This document shows positions 6,479 to 13,640 of a stretch of DNA of 32,000 nt, in pieces. Each line of letters opens with the position of its first letter. Within the stretch, counting starts at the first letter, position 1. The DNA is taken from the NCBI GenBank assembly GCA_043808785.1, contig JAZDEL010000002.1, forward strand, positions 60,001-92,000, in the 5' to 3' direction. The notes beneath the pieces are model-generated. The model was given only the letters and a program-made list of their open reading frames with translations, was not told the DNA's origin and searched no databases. The DNA is from Candidatus Iainarchaeum sp. (GTDB taxonomy: Archaea > Iainarchaeota > Iainarchaeia > Iainarchaeales > JAZDEL01). The position numbers were made by a program, and so were the translations under genes.

Positions 6479-9400
6479 TTTGCTTCCCCCTTCCGTCCAG
6501 GAACGCCTGGCACGCGAGCGAAACTTCGCCCATTGAATGCACATTATTATTGACGAGGTTCTTCAAAAACTTTTCCCTTGCGGCAATTTCCGCCTCAATC
6601 TGCTTTTTCCCCGTTCCTGTGCGTTTCATAATCTCGTTAAGGTATGAAACAGGCGCGGCGCCCCTCTTCATCGTGTCTGTTGCGGGTTCCCATTCATAAA
6701 CCGTCTGCGTTGAAACCTTGCCCTCAAGCGCCCCCCCCACTTCGGCAATTTCCGTAATCCTCCTTATTGTGCCCTTCCTCTTGTCGTGCAGCCTGTGTTC
6801 TATGATTATGAAATCAAGCCCGCTGAGCATCACTTCGGGCACGTTCATCGGAGGAGATGTAACCCTCACAACGGTTTCCTGCGGCGAGTTCGCGTGCACC
6901 GTGCCAAGAGAGTTGCCCACAATGGCGGATTCCGCGACAAAATTGTGCGGTTTCATGCCGCTCCTTTCCTTTTCGCTTACAGTCAAATCGTAAACAAATC
7001 CACTGTAATCGAATTCATGTATGTGCGTAATTCGGTCCCAGAATATTTCGCTTTCCGCAAGCCGTCCGAGCGCATCGGCATTGATGCCCACGGCCTTAAA
7101 TGCATTGGCAAGCTTTTTCACGCTCTCCCTTGACGGCATCCTTTCGCCGAGCCTGAAAAAACGCAGAAGCCCCTGGCTTATTCCCGCCTTTCTCGCAATT
7201 GCCCTCTCGCTTGTGCCCACTTCCCTGGCCTCCGCAATCTTTTCACGGATAAGCGTATTGCACGGGATAACGTCAACATTCGTGTTTGCCTTTACTTTCC
7301 CCGAAATCAGTGCCTCAAGCTTTTTTATTTTTTCGGGATATTTCAGCGGAAACGCAGAGTAAAACTTGCGCACATTTTCAATGCCGTAAACATAAAGCCT
7401 GAACCACTTGCTGTTCGCAGCCCTTGACTCGTATTTCCGTGAAACTATCCCCTCAGTAAGCAGGGCATAGCGCATAAAGTCTATGTAATGCTCGTTGCCG
7501 CAGGTGAAAACGAGCGCATTATTCTCAAGGTCGACATAGCCCTCAGCATCAAAGAAGCCCGCAACAAACTCGTTAAGCGAGGAGCAGAAATGGGCGTTTG
7601 ACATTTTTACATTGCTTCTCGAGCCAGCGGGAATGGCAAACATTTGCTGAGCCCGCCTCGCCCTGCCTATGCCGCTTACCCTCGCCTCAAAGCAATTCTT
7701 TTCAGGTGACGCAGCCCTTACCCCGACATGGGCGTTGCCAAACTCTTTTTTCATGAATTCCGAGAACTGCGGAACTATGCGTTCGTCTTCCGTGAAAAGG
7801 CTGATTCTTCCTTCATTGCATTCGTAGCATTTGCCGTTCTTTTCGCGCAGCCGCTTTGTATCCAATATGTGCCCATCACCGTGCAGCAGGCCGCTCCAAT
7901 ATTCCACTTCAGCCCTGCCCGCGCCCGCATCGCAGTGCAGCCTTGCCGGGGTTGCAACAAACGTCGCTTCCTCAAGATTTTCTGCAGGAACCTGCCCCAC
8001 GTTTCCGCATAGGGTGTAAAAAGGGTGATTGGGCGTAACAATTATTTCAGAGCCGCTTGCAAGCCTTATGTGCCTGACCTTTCCCGAATAAGGCTTTCTC
8101 CTTGCCTCGACAACCTTTTCGCGCTGCATCTTTCCGCTGTCGTTGAGCGAATTTATTTCCCTGCCTTCTGCATCGGCAACTTCCCATTCGCCTTCGTGCC
8201 TGACGCCGCCTTTTTCAATCAGGCTGTCAACAAAGGAACCTATCTCTTCAATGCCGTCAACAAAAGGAATCTTTGTGCCAAAAGTAAGGCAGCCGTCGTG
8301 CCCGGTATTCATCGCCGTGAAAAGCGTGAACGCCTCCGCGTGCCTTACCTCCCCGACAATAACCCTGTCAGGCCTCATCCTGAGCGAGTTCTTCGTGAGT
8401 ATGTCGAGCGTTAACTCCCCCGTGCCTTCAATGCCCGGCGGCCTTGCCTCAAGCCTTATCCAGTGCTTCAATGGGAGATTAAGTTCCGCGGTGTCCTCTA
8501 TGGAAACAATCCTCTCATTTGCGGGAATGAACGCTGCAAGCACGTTCAGGGTTGTGGTTTTTCCGCTTCCCGTTCCGCCTGAAATAAGTATGTTTGCAGG
8601 CTTCACTCCCAAGCCTTCAACAGCAAGCCAGAGGAACGCCGCAACCTCCGTGCTCAAAGTGCCCATGTTTATCAAATCAACTATCGAGTAAGGGTCCTCC
8701 CTGAACTTCCTTATTGTAAGCGAGGAGCCGCTCACGGATGCGGGCGGCATTGTTGCGTTAACCCTGCTGCCGTCCGGCAGCCTTGCATCAAGCAGCGGGG
8801 AGCTCATGTCCATGCGCCTCCCGACCTGCCTTGCGATCCTGTTTATCAGGTCCTGCACCTCTTTCTCGGAATAGAATTCTATATTGCTCTTCATCATCTC
8901 ATATTCCCTGTGGAAAACATAAACAGGTTTGTTCGGCCCTATCACCATTATTTCCTCCAGCTTGTCGTCCTTTATCAGCGGGTCTATTAGCCCGTAACCG
9001 ACCATCTCCCTCACAACAGACTGCGCGTAAAATTCCATCTTGCCTTTCGGAATCTGCATCTCCGTGCTCTCGCGCATTATCTCCATGACTTTTTGGTAGT
9101 AAACATTCTCCCTCTCCTCGAGGTCGCGGATTTTGTACGGGGTTATGCTTATGAGCCTTGTTGCCGCCTCCTTAAGTGTGTTGATTATGCTCTTCTCCGC
9201 GCCGCGCGCCCTCGGCACGGGCGTCCAGTAATAAAGCAGCGGCTCCCCCGCAACCCTGTAAATTTTCGTGTTTCCGTAAGAGGCAATCTCGGTTTTCTTT
9301 GCGCCCTCGAGTTCCTGCTCTATTGTTGACGCGCCCCCCTCTTCAGGCGAGTAAGCCTCGGCCTCCGCAGCGGGTTCCGCGGTTTCTTCCCCTGCGCCTC

Positions 9401-9794
9401 CCCGCATTGTGCCCGCCTCTTCCACCTCATCCTCTTCGGGCACGGTTCTGCTTTCGACAGGCCGCGGTTCGGGCGCCCTCATCTTCGGCGCGCCGACAGC
9501 TGACTTCATCTGCTTAAGTATCTCGCTTTTCATTCCAGTGGTGTCTGCCACCCTGGGTGCGGAAACAGGCACATGCCTCGGCGCAGGATAAGCAGCAGCC
9601 CTTTGCGCAGGTGCAGCAGTAACCCTTGGTGCGGCCGCAACCGCAGCCCTGGCGGGCTGAACAACCGCCTTCCTCTGCAGCATCTCCCTTGGCCTCGGTG
9701 CCGCGCTTTCCGCAATTTCCGCCCCCCCGCTCACTGAGGAACCCTCCTTTTTCTTCTTCACGCGGCTGATAAGGTCCTTGAGGTAGTCCGCCAT
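6465..9794 (-). CDS. type II/IV secretion system ATPase (FlaI/VirB11/KlbA/TadA family, EpdL-like pilus assembly ATPase), intein-containing precursor
   Basis: Walker A is ISGGTGSGKTTTLN. The Asp/Walker B region is RPDRVIVGEVR. The His-box TGHDG|...|SLGTVHANS is split by the intein. The extein is 649 aa, and its first approximately 170 aa are A/P/E-rich low complexity. Confidence 0.9.
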   Translation of the reverse strand: MADYLKDLISRVKKKKEGSSVSGGAEIAESAAPRPREMLQRKAVVQPARAAVAAAPRVTAAPAQRAAAYPAPRHVPVSAPRVADTTGMKSEILKQMKSAVGAPKMRAPEPRPVESRTVPEEDEVEEAGTMRGGAGEETAEPAAEAEAYSPEEGGASTIEQELEGAKKTEIASYGNTKIYRVAGEPLLYYWTPVPRARGAEKSIINTLKEAATRLISITPYKIRDLEERENVYYQKVMEIMRESTEMQIPKGKMEFYAQSVVREMVGYGLIDPLIKDDKLEEIMVIGPNKPVYVFHREYEMMKSNIEFYSEKEVQDLINRIARQVGRRMDMSSPLLDARLPDGSRVNATMPPASVSGSSLTIRKFREDPYSIVDLINMGTLSTEVAAFLWLAVEGLGVKPANILISGGTGSGKTTTLNVLAAFIPANERIVSIEDTAELNLPLKHWIRLEARPPGIEGTGELTLDILTKNSLRMRPDRVIVGEVRHAEAFTLFTAMNTGHDGCLTFGTKIPFVDGIEEIGSFVDSLIEKGGVRHEGEWEVADAEGREINSLNDSGKMQREKVVEARRKPYSGKVRHIRLASGSEIIVTPNHPFYTLCGNVGQVPAENLEEATFVATPARLHCDAGAGRAEVEYWSGLLHGDGHILDTKRLREKNGKCYECNEGRISLFTEDERIVPQFSEFMKKEFGNAHVGVRAASPEKNCFEARVSGIGRARRAQQMFAIPAGSRSNVKMSNAHFCSSLNEFVAGFFDAEGYVDLENNALVFTCGNEHYIDFMRYALLTEGIVSRKYESRAANSKWFRLYVYGIENVRKFYSAFPLKYPEKIKKLEALISGKVKANTNVDVIPCNTLIREKIAEAREVGTSERAIARKAGISQGLLRFFRLGERMPSRESVKKLANAFKAVGINADALGRLAESEIFWDRITHIHEFDYSGFVYDLTVSEKERSGMKPHNFVAESAIVGNSLGTVHANSPQETVVRVTSPPMNVPEVMLSGLDFIIIEHRLHDKRKGTIRRITEIAEVGGALEGKVSTQTVYEWEPATDTMKRGAAPVSYLNEIMKRTGTGKKQIEAEIAAREKFLKNLVNNNVHSMGEVSLACQAFLDGRGKQNARS
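6912..8291 (-). mobile_element. intein (460 aa) with LAGLIDADG homing endonuclease, inserted in the His-box of the pilus ATPase
   Basis: Residues 502-961 of the precursor. Block A is CLTFGT (Cys1). Block B is VTPNHPF (TxxH). The LAGLIDADG motifs are GLLHGDGHI and VAGFFDAEGYV. Block F is FVYDLTV. Block G is HNFVAESAIVGN followed by the +1 Ser. Removing these residues restores the contiguous motif NTGHDG-SLGTVHANS. Confidence 0.85.
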
Positions 9795-9823
9795 CTAACC
9801 ACGCTATACAGAACGCACTTCCC

Positions 9824-9833
9824 TTATTTAAAA
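9824..9833 (-). promoter_or_regulatory. TATA box (TTTTAAATAA on minus strand) of the pilus operon promoter
   Basis: It is centred about 35 nt upstream of ATG 9794, implying a leader of about 10 nt. The sequence is nearly palindromic and could also fire on the plus strand. Confidence 0.45.
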
Positions 9834-9857
9834 GTTTCTTTTGGGTTTTGCGGAAAC

Positions 9858-9905
9858 TGCAAAAACCAAAAAACAAACGGCCCGGTTTGAAGCTTCGCTT
9901 CAAAC
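9858..9905 (-). terminator. hairpin plus oligo-T terminator ending the thrS/repeat-array transcript
   Basis: The stem is GTTTGAAGC (9885-9893) / GCTTCAAAC (9897-9905). On the minus strand it is followed by CCGGGCCGTTTGTTTTTTGGTTTTTG. Confidence 0.45.
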
Positions 9906-10062
9906 GGGCGCATTCGGCTCCCTATTTGGCTTTTGCCAAATGGGCGCATTCGGGCTCACGCCCGAATAGCGCAAGCCGAATAGCGTTGCCAAATGGGCGC
10001 AATTTGGCTTCGCCAAATTCGCGAGCCAAAACGGGCGCAATTGGCTGCCGCCAATTAGCGCG
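9906..10062. repeat. array of four related bulged-hairpin repeat units (one nested inside another) plus a GCCAAAT/ATTTGGC palindrome
   Basis: The 5' halves are GGGCGCATTCGGC (9906-9918), GGGCGCATTCGGGC (9942-9955), GGGCGCAATTTGGC (9995-10008) and GGGCGCAATTGGC (10033-10045). Their 3' partners are GCCGAATAGCG (9975-9985), GCCCGAATAGCGC (9960-9972), GCCAAATTCGCG (10012-10023) and GCCAATTAGCGCG (10050-10062). Each partner carries one extra nucleotide after the AAT(T) run. The hairpin ATTTGGC-TTTT-GCCAAAT lies at 9924-9941. Confidence 0.7.
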
Positions 10063-10152
10063 GTTTGCGTTTGCAACCAGTTTCAGCAGCGCCTTCCTCG
10101 GAACCGCGCAGAACCCGTACTGGCGTTTTTTATTTTTGTTTTTCGCCCGCGC

Positions 10153-12075
10153 TCACTTCTTTTCCGCGATTTCCTTCCTAAGCCCCGAGATAAAATCCGC
10201 AACCTTTACATTGTCCGCAAGCTTCCCTTTCCTGTCCCTCACTGCAAGCGTTTTCTTTTTCTGTTCCTCTTCCCCGACAACAACAATGTAATTGATTTTC
10301 TTCACCTGTGCGTCCCTGACCTTATACCCCACGCTCTCCTGCCTTACATCAAACTCCGCCCTTATTCCGTTCCCGAGCAGTTCGGAAGTGACATCCAGCG
10401 CGTAATCATTGAACCTGTCCGCCACAGCAATAACCTTTGCCTGCACAGGGCTCAGCCATAGCGGGAACGCGCCGGCATAATGCTCGGTCAATATCCCCAC
10501 GAACCTTTCAAGCGACCCAAGAATTGCGCGGTGTATCATAACTGGCACGTGCTCCTTGTCGTCCTTTCCCCAGTAAATTAGCCCGAACTTCTCGGGCATG
10601 GAGAAATCAAGCTGTATTGTGCTAAGCTGCCACTTCCTTCCCAAAGAATCCTTGATATGGAAATCTATCTTCGGCCCGTAGAACGCCCCTCCCCCCTCAT
10701 TCACGCTGAACTTCATCCTCTTCTTTTCCATTGCGGCAATAAGCGCCCTCTCCGCCTTTCCCCAAACCTCGTCACTGCCCATGGAATTCTCGGGCTTTGT
10801 GCTAAGCTCTATTTCATAATTCTTAAACCCGAAAGCCGAGAAAACATCCCCCGCAAGGTCTATGAGCGCCATGACCTCCTGCTCAATCTGCTCCTCGAGC
10901 AGGAAGATGTGCGCATCGTCCTGCGTGAACTTCCTCACGCGGAACATCCCGTTCAGCACCCCGCTCAGTTCGTTCCTGTGTACGACCCCGAACTCGGCAA
11001 GCCTTATGGGAAAATCCCTGTATGAATGCCTCCTGTTTTTGAAAATCAATATCGCACCCGGGCAGTTCATGGGCTTAAGGGCAAATTCGCCCTCATCATT
11101 GTGCACGAAATACATATTGTCCTTGTAGTGCTCCCAGTGCCCGCTCCGCACCCACAGCTCCTTCCTCAGCAGCTGCGGCGTGCTCACCTCCCCGTAGCCG
11201 CGCCTCATTAATTCCGAGCGCATGAACGAGGATATTTCATTCATAAGCACCATTCCGTTCGCGTGCCAGAATATTGCGCCCGGAGATTCGCGCTGCATTG
11301 AAAACAAATCAAGTTCCTTCCCCAATTTTATGTGGTTCCTCTGCTCCGCTTCCTCGCGCATTTTCAAAAATTCCGCAAGCATCTTCTCCTGCGGGAAAGC
11401 GATTCCGTAAATGCGCTGCAGCATCCTGTTCTTCTCGCTGCCGCGCCAGTATGCCCCCGCTGTCTTTAGCAGCTTCACGGCCTTTATCGGTTCCGCGCTC
11501 CGGAGGTGCGGCCCCCTGCACAAATCCTCGAACCCGCCGTGCTTGTACAGGGTTATTTTCCCCGGCCCTAGCTCGTGTATGAGTTCCTGCTTGTATTTAT
11601 TGTTCCTGAAAACCGCAATCGCCTCGTTTTTGCTCACTTCGCGCCTTGTAAAAACCTGCGCCTTCTTCAAAAGTTCCTTCATCTTGCCCTCGATTTTTTC
11701 CATGTCCGCGGGGGTGAATGGCTTATCCACCTCAAAATCGTAATAGAACCCCTCCTCGATTGCGGGCCCTATGGTCGCCTGCGCCTTCGGAAAGAGCGCA
11801 AGCACTGCCTCAGCCATAACATGTGAGGCGCTGTGCCACAGGGTTTCCTTCCCCGCGTTGCTCTCCCAGGTGAGCACCTCGAACTTCGCGTCCTCATTTA
11901 TCGGCGTGTTCAGGTCCGCGGCGGTTCCGTTAACCTTAACAGCAAGCGCGTCCTTCGCCAGCCTCGCGCCTATGCCCTTCGCGATTTCCGCACCCGTAAC
12001 CCCGCGCGCGAACCCCTTCGCGGAACCGTCCGGGAATGTTATTTTTACCTTTTCCTTTCCGCCCACATCAATCAC
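10153..12075 (-). CDS. thrS: threonine--tRNA ligase, full-length bacterial/eukaryotic-type architecture (TGS + N2 editing + class II core + anticodon-binding)
   Basis: TGS domain: ITFPDGSAKGFARGVTGAEIAKGI. Editing motifs: HSASHVMAEAV and LCRGPH. The class II core includes FRVRKFTQDDAHIF and GGGAFYGPKIDF. The start codon is GTG. Confidence 0.95.
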   Translation of the reverse strand: MIDVGGKEKVKITFPDGSAKGFARGVTGAEIAKGIGARLAKDALAVKVNGTAADLNTPINEDAKFEVLTWESNAGKETLWHSASHVMAEAVLALFPKAQATIGPAIEEGFYYDFEVDKPFTPADMEKIEGKMKELLKKAQVFTRREVSKNEAIAVFRNNKYKQELIHELGPGKITLYKHGGFEDLCRGPHLRSAEPIKAVKLLKTAGAYWRGSEKNRMLQRIYGIAFPQEKMLAEFLKMREEAEQRNHIKLGKELDLFSMQRESPGAIFWHANGMVLMNEISSFMRSELMRRGYGEVSTPQLLRKELWVRSGHWEHYKDNMYFVHNDEGEFALKPMNCPGAILIFKNRRHSYRDFPIRLAEFGVVHRNELSGVLNGMFRVRKFTQDDAHIFLLEEQIEQEVMALIDLAGDVFSAFGFKNYEIELSTKPENSMGSDEVWGKAERALIAAMEKKRMKFSVNEGGGAFYGPKIDFHIKDSLGRKWQLSTIQLDFSMPEKFGLIYWGKDDKEHVPVMIHRAILGSLERFVGILTEHYAGAFPLWLSPVQAKVIAVADRFNDYALDVTSELLGNGIRAEFDVRQESVGYKVRDAQVKKINYIVVVGEEEQKKKTLAVRDRKGKLADNVKVADFISGLRKEIAEKK

Positions 12076-12362
12076 CGCAATTCGGCAAACCCGCGCCGTG
12101 AAGGGAACAATAATGCCCCCATCTCATATTTTAATGTTTCAGCCCCCCATTTCCCCCGCAATCAACGGGCAGGCAGAAGCAGAATCGGCAGAAGCCATGG
12201 TGCTGGTGCACGTTCGCGAGCCTAAACGACTGTTTGAAACCGCCTTCTTTTCATGTGAACCAACTACATATATATGTTGGAGGTTTATTTAAACCTTATT
12301 AAGGGGGGCGTTAACCACGCCGCGCACCGGAAACCCGCCCTCATAACCTTTTTAACCCCGCT

Positions 12363-13625
12363 TTGCGCATGTTTATTATGGGCATGCACATCTCCCCCTG
12401 GCTCTGCCTCAGGTGCAAAGGGCGCCTGTTCTGCGGCGAGCGTTCCTGCCGTGTGCTTGACAAATACGCGCGCATGCGCGAAACAACCTCGAAGATGCAC
12501 GGCACCTCCTTCTCCGGCTCCTCGCCTCCGAGCATTTTCGTTTCCTGGCATTCCTACCCCAAAATAACCCTCTCCCCCCTTTCCCCTCCCGAGATTATGG
12601 ATTTCTCACGCGCCGAGTTTTTGGACAATCCGGAGAAATGGTTCGGCCTTCCCTCGCAGCAGATTGTTTCATACCGCGAGCAATTGATACGCGGGAGTAA
12701 GCCATTCGATGCCTCCGATGCTTCCAACCCTAACCGCGCGCTTGCCGAGGTGCAAGAATTGGCAATGAGCGCCTCGCCTGTTGATATTGATGTCGAGCTT
12801 TCCCGCCGCCCGGAGGCAAAGCTTTCGTTCAGCGATTCCTCCCCGCCCATGGGCCCGAGCGCGCCTCTGAAAAGCCTCGTGCTTTCAGGCACCCCCGATG
12901 TTCCCACAAAAGTGGATTACCTTGTGGGGGACACCGATGCAAAATCCGCAACAGCAATGCTCGAACTCTACGGGCATAACCTGCCAGTGCACTACCTTTA
13001 CAAAATTTTAAGCGCCGGCCTCCTTGGGGTTAAAAAAAACCGAAAATTGGTCCCGACAAGGTGGGCGATAACAGCGGCAGACTCGAACATCTCTAACGTG
13101 CTTGTGGAGCGCATCCGCTCCTGCCAGCAGCTGCAGGAAATACGGCTGTTCCGCTCCTCCTACCTGGATAACCACTTCTTCGTGCTTTTGGTTCCAGGCG
13201 CCTGGGCATTCGAGCAATTGGAAGCATGGTCTCCCGGGAGCAGCTGGGCAGGGGAGGCGAAAGACGTGATGATTTCAGCGGACCACGAATTTTACAGGGG
13301 CCGAACAACATACGCGGACAATGTAACGGGCGCCTATTATTCCGCACGCCTTGCAGTTGCCGAGTATCTGGAAAAAAGCCGCAGGCAGGCTTCATGCATA
13401 GTTTTCCGCGAGATAGGGGGGAAGTATGACGTTCCTTTGGGTGTGTGGGTCATAAGGCAGACAATGCGCGACGCAATGGGAAAAAAGCCGCTTGCTTTCT
13501 CAGACATCAACCTCGCGCTCGCTTACATTTCAACAAAACTCTCGGTGCCGATGGGCGCATACAAAAAGAAAAGCGCCCTGCTGGACTCGATAAAGAACCA
13601 GAAAAGAATTGTTGAATGGTTTTAA
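12363..13625 (+). CDS. nre: Nre-family (DUF650/DUF651) archaeal DNA-repair-associated protein with C-terminal PIP box
   Basis: An N-terminal Cys cluster CLRCKGRLFCGERSCRV is present, and the C-terminus is ...KNQKRIVEWF*. The gene is convergent with rfcS. The true start may be one of the ATGs at 12369, 12378 or 12384. Confidence 0.7.
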   Translation: MRMFIMGMHISPWLCLRCKGRLFCGERSCRVLDKYARMRETTSKMHGTSFSGSSPPSIFVSWHSYPKITLSPLSPPEIMDFSRAEFLDNPEKWFGLPSQQIVSYREQLIRGSKPFDASDASNPNRALAEVQELAMSASPVDIDVELSRRPEAKLSFSDSSPPMGPSAPLKSLVLSGTPDVPTKVDYLVGDTDAKSATAMLELYGHNLPVHYLYKILSAGLLGVKKNRKLVPTRWAITAADSNISNVLVERIRSCQQLQEIRLFRSSYLDNHFFVLLVPGAWAFEQLEAWSPGSSWAGEAKDVMISADHEFYRGRTTYADNVTGAYYSARLAVAEYLEKSRRQASCIVFREIGGKYDVPLGVWVIRQTMRDAMGKKPLAFSDINLALAYISTKLSVPMGAYKKKSALLDSIKNQKRIVEWF

Positions 13626-13640
13626 CCATGCGGGATTTTT

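Noticed and set aside
9906-10062. Possibility that the repeat array is a small CRISPR array.
   Set aside because: The units are internally palindromic hairpins with variable sequence. They are separated by 1-10 nt, and in one case nested, rather than being identical repeats alternating with unique spacers of about 30-40 nt. No cas genes are in the window.
9848-10291. 147-aa plus-strand ORF spanning the thrS/ATPase intergenic region, with internally repeated peptide segments (AKWAHSGS..., LPNGRNLAS...).
   Set aside because: The peptide repeats merely mirror the DNA hairpin repeats. The ORF runs antisense into thrS and has no protein-like features, so the RNA/DNA-level interpretation is preferred.
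12076-12140. thrS leader region checked for a tRNA-Thr anticodon-arm mimic (GGGGGCATTATTGTTCCC) and for G-quadruplex potential (G5, G6 and G5 runs on the minus strand).
   Set aside because: The putative loop has a pyrimidine where the position-37 purine should be, and the stem is only 3 bp. Only three G-runs are present, so no canonical G4 can form.
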